Positions 1 to 9,538 of a DNA stretch of 64,000 bases are shown piece by piece. The stretch covers positions 160,001 through 224,000 of the IMG/VR virus record IMGVR_UViG_3300028886_000028, one strand, 5' to 3'. The stretch comes from a virus (lineage: Duplodnaviria > Caudoviricetes). The notes beneath the pieces were generated by a model. The model saw only the letters and a list, made by a program, of their open reading frames with translations, was not told where the DNA came from and made no database searches. The first letter of the stretch is position 1. Each line of letters opens with the position of its first letter. Position numbers and translations under genes: made by a program.

Positions 1-2
1 AG

Positions 3-929
3 TTCGATGTAACAGATACAAGTAGTCCAACAAAGTTATTAAATAACACAAATCATTTCAGTTCAATTGAGATAGATGACGTTGTTCAACCATCAGTTGT
101 CAGCGCATATACGTTCGATACACTTGGTGAACATACAGTTAAATATACATTGGTAGACCCAACAATTATAGGCAGTAAAGCTTTCAGTGGCTGTACTAGT
201 CTTACAAGTATAGATATACCTGATGGTGTTACAAGTATTGGTACTGAGGCTTTCAGAGGTTGTAGTAGCCTTAGTAGTTGTACAATAGGTGATGGTGTAA
301 TAAGTATTGGTAATAGTGCTTTCAATGGCTGTACTAGTCTTACAAGTATAGATATACCTGATAGTGTAACAACTATTGGTAATAATGTTTTCTATAATTG
401 TAGTGGCCTTACAAGTTGTACAATAGGTAGTGGTGTAACAAGTATCGGTAGTAATGCTTTCCAAGATTGTACTAGTCTTACAAATATAGTTATACCTGAT
501 AGTGTTACAAGTATTGGTAATAGCGCTTTCAATGGATGTAGAAGTCTTACAAGTTGTACAATAGGTAGTGGCGTGACAAATATTGGTGATAGTGCTTTCA
601 GAAATTGTAGAAGTCTTACAAGCTGTACAATAGGTGATGGCGTTACAAGTATTGGTAATAATGCTTTCCAAAATTGTACTAGCCTTGCAAGTTGTACAAT
701 AGGCAGTGGTGTTACAAGTATTGGTAATAATGCTTTCCAAGATTGTACTAGTCTTAGTAACATAACATGCAATGCAATGACAGCGCCTACAATAGATAAT
801 AATACATTCCAAAATGTTAAAACTAATGGAACATTATACGTTCCGCAAGGTAGTACTAGCTATGATGTATGGATGGGAACAGGAAACTATTACTTAGGAA
901 AGTATAGTTGGACAAAAGTTGAACAATAA
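3..929 (+). CDS. BspA-type leucine-rich repeat (LRR_5) protein, 5' truncated by window edge
   Basis: Frame is open from position 3 (FDVTDTSSPT..., matching 56960..58165). Contains tandem 23-aa xLTSIxIPDSVTSIGxxAFxxC repeats and a C-terminal cap (GTLYVP...WTKVEQ). Confidence 0.9.
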   Translation, partial: FDVTDTSSPTKLLNNTNHFSSIEIDDVVQPSVVSAYTFDTLGEHTVKYTLVDPTIIGSKAFSGCTSLTSIDIPDGVTSIGTEAFRGCSSLSSCTIGDGVISIGNSAFNGCTSLTSIDIPDSVTTIGNNVFYNCSGLTSCTIGSGVTSIGSNAFQDCTSLTNIVIPDSVTSIGNSAFNGCRSLTSCTIGSGVTNIGDSAFRNCRSLTSCTIGDGVTSIGNNAFQNCTSLASCTIGSGVTSIGNNAFQDCTSLSNITCNAMTAPTIDNNTFQNVKTNGTLYVPQGSTSYDVWMGTGNYYLGKYSWTKVEQ

Positions 930-945
930 CAGTAGTAAGTAATAT

Positions 946-977
946 AAGGAGTGATTACAGTAGTAGTTACTCCTTTT
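946..977 (+). terminator. Intrinsic terminator (AAGGAGT...ACTCCTTTT)
   Basis: Inverted repeat followed by a T-run just after the stop codon. A related copy is at 4718-4747. Confidence 0.6.
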
Positions 978-1019
978 ATTATACCACCTTATGATTGTGG
1001 TCATACCAATGGAAGTACA
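966..1019 (+). repeat. 54-bp 3' subterminal repeat, copy 1 (copy 2 at 4735-4788)
   Basis: GTTACTCCTTTTATTATRCCACCTTATGATTGTGGTCATACCAATGGAAGTACA is identical apart from one base after two unrelated payload genes. Confidence 0.9.
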
Positions 1020-1030
1020 TCTAATTATTT

Positions 1031-1855
1031 TTAATAATTTAATAGTATTTCTTTATCATTATCAACGTCTTCCACATTTTTTATTTCAAAATCATACAGT
1101 GAATATTCATTTGATAAATCAATAAATTCATGGCTGTTTTTTTCCAAATCCCAAACAACAAATCCATGTTGCGTGACAGTTTCTCCAAATGTTTGTTGTA
1201 TTAATGACCCGGGATAAACAATTGTTACATCACCACGTTTTATTTCTTGACGTTTATGAATATCACCAGCAGCAACAAAGTCACATCCATAAAATTCGTC
1301 ACCATCTATTCCACTTTCAACAACAGTACCATTGTTTAATGTTGCGCCTACTATTGTTCCATGATAAAGTCCAATTATTGTATTATCAGGAAAATCTTTT
1401 TTTGCTTGCTCTATATTTGGTTTTCTATAATCTGTGAATATTGAATATAAAGCCCAACAAACATTGTCATCAGGTACAATACCACTATCATATCCCAAAT
1501 AGCTATCTAAATGTATTGAATTTGAAAATTTGGATGCTGTGAATATTGCTGTAAGCGTATCTACTCTTGACATATTGCCAACCATTAGGTCGTGATTTCC
1601 ACTTATAACAATAACCTTGCCAAATTCTTCAAGGCTTCTTATCCAGGAGCTAACAAATGCTATTAACTCATTTGATATTGAGTTTTTAGAATGGACAATA
1701 TCGCCAGATATAACAATTCTTATTTCATCATTGTTATAGCCTTTTGTTATTTCCTTTATTTTTTCATTTAGTTCATTAAGTTTTGATGTGTATTCTTCCA
1801 ACCTTTGAAAGTTTCTTATATGCACGTCTGCAATATGAATTATTTTTTTTATCAT
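1031..1855 (-). CDS. Calcineurin-like phosphoesterase, SbcD/Mre11/T4 gp47-like nuclease subunit
   Basis: Motifs DVH, GD, GNHD, GDIH and YPGS. Confidence 0.85.
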   Translation of the reverse strand: MIKKIIHIADVHIRNFQRLEEYTSKLNELNEKIKEITKGYNNDEIRIVISGDIVHSKNSISNELIAFVSSWIRSLEEFGKVIVISGNHDLMVGNMSRVDTLTAIFTASKFSNSIHLDSYLGYDSGIVPDDNVCWALYSIFTDYRKPNIEQAKKDFPDNTIIGLYHGTIVGATLNNGTVVESGIDGDEFYGCDFVAAGDIHKRQEIKRGDVTIVYPGSLIQQTFGETVTQHGFVVWDLEKNSHEFIDLSNEYSLYDFEIKNVEDVDNDKEILLNY

Positions 1856-1874
1856 GTCTTAAAAATGTTTTATA

Positions 1875-1882
1875 CAAATATA
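1875..1882 (-). promoter_or_regulatory. Bacteroidota sigmaA-type -7 element TAnnTTTG; other copies at 8405-8412(-), 9522-9529(-), 10441-10448(+), 24229-24236(+), 28846-28853(+)
   Basis: TTTTTGTATATTTG or TATCTTTG lies upstream of the replication/recombination genes and the tRNA cluster, in sense orientation. Confidence 0.7.
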
Positions 1883-1905
1883 CAAAAAAAATATAAAATA
1901 CAGAA

Positions 1906-1914
1906 ATATTTATA
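1906..1914 (+). promoter_or_regulatory. Putative phage late promoter ATATTTAT(A/T); other copies at 4983, 8445, 13961, 14950, 16092, 17971, 27869, 31647-31655(-), 32209, 44722, 51939, 55069
   Basis: The motif recurs roughly 10-75 nt upstream of structural/virion-type genes, always in sense orientation. Confidence 0.6.
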
Positions 1915-1926
1915 TTAAATTAAAAT

Positions 1927-2745
1927 GTGAAAATGGCAGAAAGTATAGAAAAAATAGGATGGACTGCTACAGCTGATAAAGATTGGATAAATGTAATACC
2001 TCCGCATGGTGAAGGTGACATGGATATTGAAATACAGGTTATTCCTTCATCAGCTGTAGGGGATACTAATACGGCAGGCACTGTTACAATAGCTTGTAAT
2101 GATTGTGACACGGGCCCTTATGAAATTAAAGTATATCGTTGCGCCCCATCTGATTGCGAATATAAGTTATATAAGATTGATAATGTAAATATACCTTGTA
2201 GTGGATGCAATGAAAATGATACGTTAAATATAACATGTCATTATAATAGTGAATATTGCGAAGAAACTTCTGCAACTGAGTCATATATTGTGACTCAAGC
2301 CATATCTTGTAATGATACTACATCTACTAAGACTTACACTAAAACTTATAATGGAATAAGTTTCACAATTACTCAGGCAGCAGGAAATTGTTGCTGTACT
2401 TGTGACAATTTAGAATTAAGTAAATATAGTGTTACATTAGAACCTGACGGAGAAGATACAGTTTCAATTAATGATTCTGAAAATTGTGGATTTAATAATT
2501 TTAATGTTACATCTAGTAATGCAAGTATTGCGACAGCCTCAATAAATGGAAATACCATAACAATAAATGGGGTATCTGATGGTAATGCTACAATAACAGT
2601 TAGTTATGAATTAGATGGAACTAACTGTTCAAAAAATATTAGTGTGGCAGTTTCAACAGAATGCAAAGGATATACAATATCTCCTAATATACAGGTAGAT
2701 TGTGAAGGCGGAACAGTAATATTCACGGCAAATCCTAAAAACTAA
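1927..2745 (+). CDS. Cys-rich virion-type protein with BACON-like N-terminus and Ig-like (Big_2) domain
   Basis: WTATADKDWINV..G.G (BACON-like) and VTSSNASIATA..ITINGVSDGNATITV (Big_2-like). Confidence 0.6.
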   Translation: MKMAESIEKIGWTATADKDWINVIPPHGEGDMDIEIQVIPSSAVGDTNTAGTVTIACNDCDTGPYEIKVYRCAPSDCEYKLYKIDNVNIPCSGCNENDTLNITCHYNSEYCEETSATESYIVTQAISCNDTTSTKTYTKTYNGISFTITQAAGNCCCTCDNLELSKYSVTLEPDGEDTVSINDSENCGFNNFNVTSSNASIATASINGNTITINGVSDGNATITVSYELDGTNCSKNISVAVSTECKGYTISPNIQVDCEGGTVIFTANPKN

Positions 2746-2768
2746 TTTGATTAAAAAAATATTGAAAA

Positions 2769-3419
2769 ATGATAATTCTTATAGACAATGGACATGGTTC
2801 TAACACAGAACAAAATGGAAAGTTCAGTCCTTTATTGGAATCTGATATGAAAATTGGGTCAGAATTCACTAATGGAGGAAGGTTTCGTGAGTGGAAATAT
2901 AACAGGGTAATATCTAATATGATAGTAGATAAACTTGTTTCAATGGGATATGATGCGAGACTAGTTGTTCCTGAAGATAAAGATATATCTTTGTCAGAAA
3001 GAATACGCAGGATAAATACAATATGTAATAAGGTTGGAGCAGGCAATGTGTTATTAATTTCAGTTCATGCTAATGCGGTTGGAAATGGTTCTCAATGGAT
3101 GACAGGAAAAGGTTGGGAAGCATATACAACAAAAGGAAAAACAAAATCTGATATTTTAGCAGATTTCCTTTATAAAAGAGCTGATAAAAATATATCAGGT
3201 AGAAAAATTAGAGAAGATTGGTCAGACGGAGATAGAGATAAAGAATCTGATTTTTATATCATTAAAAAATCATATTGTCCGGCCGTTTTGACAGAAAACT
3301 TTTTTTACGACAATAAAGATGATTTAAAATATCTAACATCAGACGAAGGAATTCACGCTGTTGTAAGATTACATATAGAAGGAATTATTGACTTCATTAA
3401 TTATATTAATAAAAAGTGA
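2769..3419 (+). CDS. N-acetylmuramoyl-L-alanine amidase (Amidase_3), probable endolysin
   Basis: IDNGHG, E, SVHANA and PAVLTENFF zinc-amidase motifs. Confidence 0.92.
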   Translation: MIILIDNGHGSNTEQNGKFSPLLESDMKIGSEFTNGGRFREWKYNRVISNMIVDKLVSMGYDARLVVPEDKDISLSERIRRINTICNKVGAGNVLLISVHANAVGNGSQWMTGKGWEAYTTKGKTKSDILADFLYKRADKNISGRKIREDWSDGDRDKESDFYIIKKSYCPAVLTENFFYDNKDDLKYLTSDEGIHAVVRLHIEGIIDFINYINKK

Positions 3420-3431
3420 AAAAACGATATT

Positions 3432-4703
3432 ATGGGAATTTATTTAAAAAAATTTAGCGCTCATACTGATTATGAAGCAGCTAAAAGTAGTTTAATACTA
3501 CCAAATGTATCAATATGCTCTGATGTGCTTGATGAGGTGCATTATAATCCATATGTAGGTATAAGTAGTGTTACACTTAACAAGAGTGAATTAAGTCTTA
3601 ATAAGGGTGAAACTGAGACGTTGGTAGCCACTGTATTGCCAGCTAATGCAAGTAACAAGGGTGTTACTTGGTCATCAAGTGATGATAGCGTTGCCACTGT
3701 GAGCAGTAACGGTCTTGTGACTGCTATTGGTGGTGGTAATACCAATATTACTGTAACAACTGTTGATGGTGGCTTTACAGCGCAATGTTCATTAAACATC
3801 ATTGTAAATGTAGCAGGTGTTACACTCAATAAGAGCACACTTAGTCTTAGCAAAGGTGCAACTGAAACATTAGTTGCAACAGTATCACCAAGCGATGCTG
3901 GTAATAAGAACGTTATTTGGTCATCGAGTAATGATAGTGTTGCTACTGTTAATAGCAATGGTCTTGTAACGGCTATTGGCGATAGTGGTAGTGCTATTAT
4001 TACAGTTACAACAGTTGATGGTGGTTTTACTGCACAGTGTGGCTGTAGTGTAATTGACACTAATGGGCATGATTATGTTGAGATTGGTGGACTTAAGTGG
4101 GCAACAAAGAATGTTGGTGCAAGCAAAATTACTGATAATGGTTTATATTTCCAATGGGGTGATACCCAAGGCTACACTGTTGACCAAGTAGGTAGTGGAA
4201 GCGGCAAGAAAGCCTTTGATTGGCCAGATTATAAGTACATAAGTGGAGTAGGAACATCAAGTTCGGCATTTACAAAATACAATTCAACTGATGGTTTAAC
4301 AACTCTTGAGGCTGTTGATGATGCTGCAAGTGTTAATATGGGTGGTTCATGGCGTATGCCAACATCTGAAGAATTACAAGCTCTTGGTGCTGCTAGTGAT
4401 TTTATCACGTCTGGCGGAACAAAAATAACAACCAGTGATAAGTTAACAACCTTAAATGGTGTCAAGGGTATCTTAGTTGCAGATAAAAACGACTATTCCA
4501 AGAGATTATTCTTTCCTACTGCGGGCTACTGCGCCAACACAACTGTGAACGATAGAGGAAGTAAAGGCTTCTGCCGGACGAGTTCGCTTTACAGTGGCGA
4601 CGTGAGTAAAGCCTACACCTTGCTCTTATTCAGCTACGGAGTGTACTGGGGTAGCGGCGGCCCTCGCAGCAACGGCTATCCGGTTCGTGGCGTGATTGCT
4701 TAA
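3432..4703 (+). CDS. Anchor-peptide + 2x Big_2 Ig-like + C-type lectin (Fib_succ_major/DUF1566-like) protein; probable DGR target
   Basis: Conserved N-terminal peptide; two VTWSSSDDSVATV..G.VTA Ig repeats; KWATKNVGA...YFQWG...WRMPT..E...G.PVR lectin motifs; GC-rich 3' end. Confidence 0.85.
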   Translation: MGIYLKKFSAHTDYEAAKSSLILPNVSICSDVLDEVHYNPYVGISSVTLNKSELSLNKGETETLVATVLPANASNKGVTWSSSDDSVATVSSNGLVTAIGGGNTNITVTTVDGGFTAQCSLNIIVNVAGVTLNKSTLSLSKGATETLVATVSPSDAGNKNVIWSSSNDSVATVNSNGLVTAIGDSGSAIITVTTVDGGFTAQCGCSVIDTNGHDYVEIGGLKWATKNVGASKITDNGLYFQWGDTQGYTVDQVGSGSGKKAFDWPDYKYISGVGTSSSAFTKYNSTDGLTTLEAVDDAASVNMGGSWRMPTSEELQALGAASDFITSGGTKITTSDKLTTLNGVKGILVADKNDYSKRLFFPTAGYCANTTVNDRGSKGFCRTSSLYSGDVSKAYTLLLFSYGVYWGSGGPRSNGYPVRGVIA

Positions 4704-4734
4704 TAAGCACTGCATACAAGGAGTAATCAAATAG

Positions 4735-4788
4735 GTTACTCCTTTTATTATGCCACCTTATGATTGTGGTCATACCAATGGAAGTACA
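4735..4788 (+). repeat. 54-bp 3' subterminal repeat, copy 2
   Basis: Matches 966-1019. Confidence 0.9.
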
Positions 4789-4821
4789 CCTTGTATATTT
4801 ATTCAGAAGGGGAATTTATTA

Positions 4822-4841
4822 CCAACAGGTATATAGTTCCC
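4822..4841 (-). repeat. ~20-bp cassette-end site, reverse orientation (CCAACAGGTATATAGTTCCC)
   Basis: Matches the sites at 14879, 21479, 30843 and 31722. Confidence 0.8.
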
Positions 4842-5011
4842 TAAATTAATATTACACTCACATTCACATATTAAGCCTAAGTAATTATACCGTCGTTGTT
4901 ACTGCAACGATGGTTCTTTATTTATAAAGATAGTTATTTATTTGTTTATTTCAACAATTAATGCTATTTTTACATTAAAAAGATATTTATTAATATAAAA
5001 TTTAGTGAAGT

Positions 5012-5191
5012 ATGTTTAAGTTAGTAAGTAATATAAAAAACTCTAAATGGTCATTCATGAATGGCTACAATATATTTAATATGGAAACTGTTTGGCTATC
5101 AAAGAAAGAAGATGCACGTAAGTATTCTTTATTAGATGAAAATGGCAACAAACTTGATGTTAATGTTGAAGATTTTTTAGTTGATGAATAA
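5012..5191 (+). CDS. Small hypothetical protein (59 aa)
   Basis: ATG..TAA ORF read manually, downstream of an ATATTTAT motif. Confidence 0.5.
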   Translation: MFKLVSNIKNSKWSFMNGYNIFNMETVWLSKKEDARKYSLLDENGNKLDVNVEDFLVDE

Positions 5192-5207
5192 TAAATTAGA
5201 ATCATAT

Positions 5208-5843
5208 ATGATAAATAAAATAACAGATAAAGGCTTTAAATTTTCAAGTATTGTAAATAATGTTTTGAAAGAGTCTTTATCCAGATTGGCGTATCATTTC
5301 ACGTCTTTAAAGAAATTTTATCAAATGGTAGATTCTGATTCAATTATATTTTCCACAGCTCATGGCACTGATGAGTTAATAAATGCTGATTATGGTAGGG
5401 GTGCTCCTTATTATTTGTCAACAACAAGAGTTCGTGATGGAAGATTTGGGTATTCTAGTGGATTAAATACAAGAATAGAATTGAATTCTGATTTCTTCAA
5501 TAGTAGGTTTCATTCAGGGCCCGTTAATTTCTTTGTGCCTGACGAAAGGGAAAGAAATTACCACAGTAAGCAAAATGTAGGAAAAGCAGAAAACGAAGAT
5601 AGAATTTTTTCAAATGTAAAGGTTTTAGAAGGTTTATCTAAATGCATTAATAGGGTAGATATATATTTGAATATACCTAATGAGGAACTGCCTTTATTCA
5701 AGCAAAGATATTATGATATATATTTGATGCTTCGTGACATATATAATACAGGTATAGGTCTTAAAACCTTTATTTATAACGATGAAAAAGAATTTAATAG
5801 ACAAGGAAAAAATATAACAGAAATAATATTAAAAATGTTGTAA
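5208..5843 (+). CDS. Hypothetical protein, possibly ADP-ribosyltransferase-like fold
   Basis: The YHFT...YLSTTR...ENEDR pattern resembles ART catalytic strands; preceded by an LKE-type leader. Confidence 0.4.
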   Translation: MINKITDKGFKFSSIVNNVLKESLSRLAYHFTSLKKFYQMVDSDSIIFSTAHGTDELINADYGRGAPYYLSTTRVRDGRFGYSSGLNTRIELNSDFFNSRFHSGPVNFFVPDERERNYHSKQNVGKAENEDRIFSNVKVLEGLSKCINRVDIYLNIPNEELPLFKQRYYDIYLMLRDIYNTGIGLKTFIYNDEKEFNRQGKNITEIILKML

Positions 5844-5850
5844 AAATCAT

Positions 5851-7332
5851 ATGGGAAGTTATATAAAAATATTTAATACTCATGAAGAGTATCTTGAATG
5901 GGTAGAAACTTCATTGGTAGAGCCTAACATTTCATTTTGTAAAGATAAGCCTCGCCAAGTACATTATCATCCATTGTCTGGATGTACAGAAGGTGTTGTG
6001 TATAAAATTACAAGCACGCCATCTTACCCTTCTATAATTGAAAACGATGTGACATCATTTGATATTAGCTTTGATTATAGAAAGGCTGATATAGATGAAC
6101 ATTGCAGAGAAACAGATATTGTAAACAGCGCTGATACTGTAACAGTTAATTGTGGCGCAAATACAGGCTCAACAGATAGAGTTGTATCAGGAGTCGTAAC
6201 ATGGAATAGAAACGATATTGAATATAACGTTGTTCAAAAAGGAGTTTGTGTTGATTCCACTGTATATGAACTTGTAGGAAATCCATCTTATCCGGCAACT
6301 ATTCAATATGACGTAACATCATTTGATATTAATTTCAATTATAAGAAAACTGTAACAACAAGTGATTGTCAAAAAACTGTTACAAACAGTGCAGATACTG
6401 TAACTGTTAATTGCGGAGCGAATACAGGTTCATCAGATAGAACAGTGTCAGGTACTGTAACATGGAATGGCATAAACATTGAGTATAGTGTTACGCAGAA
6501 AAAAGGTTGTACTGTTTCAACTGTATATGAGCTTGTAGGAAATCCATCTTATCCAGCAACAATTGAATACGATACAACATCATTTGTTATTAACTTTAAT
6601 TACAAAAAAACTGATACAAATGAGTATTGCCAAGAAACTGTTACAAACAGTGCAGATACTGTAACTGTTAATTGTGGCGCGAATACAGGTTCGTCAGATA
6701 GAACAGTATCCGGTACCGTAACATGGAATGGAATTAATATTGAATATAACGTTACACAAAGTGGCTATTCTGACCCGTATGGAGGCTATGAGTATGTTGA
6801 CTTAGGTCTTCCTAGTGGATTAAAATGGGCTAAATATAATATTGGTGCTTCCAATGAAAGCGAAGTAGGAATGTATTTTTCATACGGAAATATAGTCGGG
6901 CATTATAATTGTGACGGGTATGATTTTTCATCCGCTAGTTACAGTACAACAAACGGTTATAGATTAAGCGGAAATATACCTCAAAATTCACAGTATGATG
7001 CGGCTATTGCTATTTGGGGTAATGGATGGAGAATGCCGACGCGAGACGAATTTCAAGAATTAATAAATAATACAACTTGTTCTTATGATTCAAATACATA
7101 TACATTCACTATAACAAGTAAAATAAATGGTAAATCAATTAAAATAAAAGCTTCAGGATATTGGGATAATACTTCTTGCCCTAGCCTTACGACAACATCA
7201 ATATATATCATGTCTTCCACATTATCAGGAAAATATGGAGTATCATTGAATGCCTCTTCTTATGGCGATTATAAAATGCACGTATATGGTAATAGATTTA
7301 CAGGCTTACCAATTCGTCCTGTACATAGTTAA
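5851..7332 (+). CDS. Anchor-peptide + 3 tandem ~87-aa beta modules + C-type lectin domain
   Basis: Divergent N-terminal peptide; three PSYP..I....TSF...DTVTVNCGANTG repeats; YVDLGLPSGLKWA...WRMPTRDE...PIRPV. Confidence 0.8.
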   Translation: MGSYIKIFNTHEEYLEWVETSLVEPNISFCKDKPRQVHYHPLSGCTEGVVYKITSTPSYPSIIENDVTSFDISFDYRKADIDEHCRETDIVNSADTVTVNCGANTGSTDRVVSGVVTWNRNDIEYNVVQKGVCVDSTVYELVGNPSYPATIQYDVTSFDINFNYKKTVTTSDCQKTVTNSADTVTVNCGANTGSSDRTVSGTVTWNGINIEYSVTQKKGCTVSTVYELVGNPSYPATIEYDTTSFVINFNYKKTDTNEYCQETVTNSADTVTVNCGANTGSSDRTVSGTVTWNGINIEYNVTQSGYSDPYGGYEYVDLGLPSGLKWAKYNIGASNESEVGMYFSYGNIVGHYNCDGYDFSSASYSTTNGYRLSGNIPQNSQYDAAIAIWGNGWRMPTRDEFQELINNTTCSYDSNTYTFTITSKINGKSIKIKASGYWDNTSCPSLTTTSIYIMSSTLSGKYGVSLNASSYGDYKMHVYGNRFTGLPIRPVHS

Positions 7333-7368
7333 TAAAAGAGCAATCTTTGTTGATTGCTCTTTTTCATT

Positions 7369-8385
7369 TTAAAATAGTTCATATTCTTGCATTTTTTTTG
7401 CTTGTCTCAAACACATTACAATTCCTTTATATCCATATTTTTCATATATTTCGCTTGGGTCTTTTCCTAAATCTGTATTGATTAATTTTATTTTGCCGTA
7501 TAGTCTTCCATGATTTAATTCTTTGTATATATTTTTATTTTCATCCATTGTATCATTATCAAGCCATATATTTATGTTTGCGTTTGCATTTTTGATAATT
7601 TCCCAATATAATTTAAACTCTTTATTAATTGCTTTTCCCAATAAAGGAACTGAATTTGGAACTACTATATGGTCGAATGGGCCTTCTACTATCGTAATAT
7701 CTGCATCCCATTGAAGTTTATCTTCATTGAAAATTATATTTTTCCTTTCTGTTTTTGGATTGAAATATTTTACCATTCCTTTTCTATCAAGATAATCTCT
7801 TCCTGTCCAGTAATTTAAATCGCCATATAAATCATGTGATGGAATATATATTCTATATGATGAAATATATTCGTCTTTGTTGTATTCCGTGAAACCTATG
7901 TTAAATCTATCAATAATATCCCATCCAATTCCTCTATTGTTTAGATATTCAAGTGCTTTTTTTGGATAGTATTTATCTTTCCTAAACTGTTTAAAGGTTT
8001 TGGGCAGCATCAAATCTTCAATATCAATTGATTTTGTATCAATGTTAAATTCATCTTCCGAAAATTTTAATTTATATAGTTTACTTTCACGAAATGAACG
8101 TATTGCTTCTTTATAATCATTCAATAATTGTTCATTTCCATACAGTTTAATGAGCTTCAAAATAGAGCCACTCATTTGTTCCCCTTCATTAGAACACGAC
8201 CAACAGTGATAACGCTGAATCTGTAAATTAACTTCCAGATTAAATTTATGTGCTTCCTTTTCTCCTTTATTTTCTATACATTTTGGACATCCAAACTGTA
8301 GCTGCATGTTTTTACCATCAAATCCATTTTTTGCTTCTCCAAGAAATGATGCTAATATATTATACATTTTATCAAGTTCATCCAT
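7369..8385 (-). CDS. DNA primase (T4 gp61/DnaG-like)
   Basis: Zn finger CPKC...HCWSC, YL..RGI, TOPRIM EGPFD and LDND, KDP. Confidence 0.88.
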   Translation of the reverse strand: MDELDKMYNILASFLGEAKNGFDGKNMQLQFGCPKCIENKGEKEAHKFNLEVNLQIQRYHCWSCSNEGEQMSGSILKLIKLYGNEQLLNDYKEAIRSFRESKLYKLKFSEDEFNIDTKSIDIEDLMLPKTFKQFRKDKYYPKKALEYLNNRGIGWDIIDRFNIGFTEYNKDEYISSYRIYIPSHDLYGDLNYWTGRDYLDRKGMVKYFNPKTERKNIIFNEDKLQWDADITIVEGPFDHIVVPNSVPLLGKAINKEFKLYWEIIKNANANINIWLDNDTMDENKNIYKELNHGRLYGKIKLINTDLGKDPSEIYEKYGYKGIVMCLRQAKKMQEYELF

Positions 8386-8473
8386 AATTAAATATTTTTG
8401 TAGGCAAATATACATAAAAATTTTAGAAAAACAAAGCTGAATAGATATTTATATTTAAAAAATATTATTTTAA

Positions 8474-8752
8474 ATGGATAAGAAAAAAGTAATTAGGGAT
8501 AGTGATATTTTGAGAGGAATGGAAATGATGGTTGATTATGAGCCTACTGTTTATGGCTATAATGGTCATTATTATTACACAAATCTTGCTGAAGAATCAG
8601 CAATAATTGATGACCACACACATAGATTTGATGAACATTCTCTTGATGATACTCAGGGAATTATTTGGCAAGATAATTCTTTAGATGAAAATAATTTGGA
8701 AGAAAAACAAGTTGAATGGCTTAAAAAGGCATTCTGGTTGTATTATTATTAA
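8474..8752 (+). CDS. Hypothetical protein
   Basis: ORF downstream of the late-type motif. Confidence 0.6.
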   Translation: MDKKKVIRDSDILRGMEMMVDYEPTVYGYNGHYYYTNLAEESAIIDDHTHRFDEHSLDDTQGIIWQDNSLDENNLEEKQVEWLKKAFWLYYY

Positions 8753-8772
8753 ATAATTGAAAAATATATAAT

Positions 8773-9435
8773 ATGATGAAAAGGCAAATAAAATTAACAG
8801 AATCTGAATTTAAATCAGTTATAGAAGGAGCAGTTAGCAAATTGGTTAAAGAATATACTGATTTTGATAAACGAAAATTTTATGGCAGGGCGTCTTCAGA
8901 TGAAGATGATGATTTTAACGAGCAGCCGGCAAATAACATTGCTTCAGAAGGAAAACAGTATAAAGTGAATGAATCTCAGCTTTATTCAATTATAAAAGAG
9001 TCTGTAATGAAAATTTTGAAAGAATCAGGCGATACTCATAGATTCGGAGCAGGAAAGTATGGATTGGCTATGGATGCTGCCAGCAAAGCAAGGTCTTTAG
9101 GCAGAATTAGACAAAGTGATAATTTAAAATCATATGCAGCTGATGATTTTAATGAAAGATATGGCATGAATGGATTTGAAATGGATGAATATGGCACGTT
9201 AAGGCATAGAGGTGAAGATGGAAAAGAAAGAATGTATAGACCGTCCAGTATGATTAAAAATCTTGAAGCACAAAAAGGTTTGCAAGGAGGAAATGATAAA
9301 CTTGATAATGCTTTAAGGAATAATTCTTATATTAAAAATGCAGCTCAAATTGCAAAAGCATACCCAAGGAAAAAAATGACAAGCGGAATTGATACAATTG
9401 AAAAAGTTGATAACGGAATATATGGGAATCAATAA
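8773..9435 (+). CDS. Putative internal head protein with two LTES/VNES-type leader motifs
   Basis: IKLTESEFKSVIEGAVSKLVKE and YKVNESQLYSIIKESVMKILKE. Confidence 0.6.
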   Translation: MMKRQIKLTESEFKSVIEGAVSKLVKEYTDFDKRKFYGRASSDEDDDFNEQPANNIASEGKQYKVNESQLYSIIKESVMKILKESGDTHRFGAGKYGLAMDAASKARSLGRIRQSDNLKSYAADDFNERYGMNGFEMDEYGTLRHRGEDGKERMYRPSSMIKNLEAQKGLQGGNDKLDNALRNNSYIKNAAQIAKAYPRKKMTSGIDTIEKVDNGIYGNQ

Positions 9436-9538
9436 AAGCGAGGTTAAGTAGCCTCGCTTTTTTATATACTTTATTAAACCGCAATCGTATTTTTTATAAA
9501 ATTTCAATTTTACTCATGCAGCAAATATACAAAAAAAA

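Noticed and set aside
150-780. 69-bp periodic repeats as a CRISPR array
   Set aside because: They are in-frame coding LRR units with no unique spacers and no cas genes.
86-812. Long antisense ORFs over LRR, Ig and fibre genes (also 3542-4060, 32748-36494, 46394-47221, 56137-58071)
   Set aside because: They are shadows of repetitive, codon-biased sense genes, with no independent motifs or promoters.
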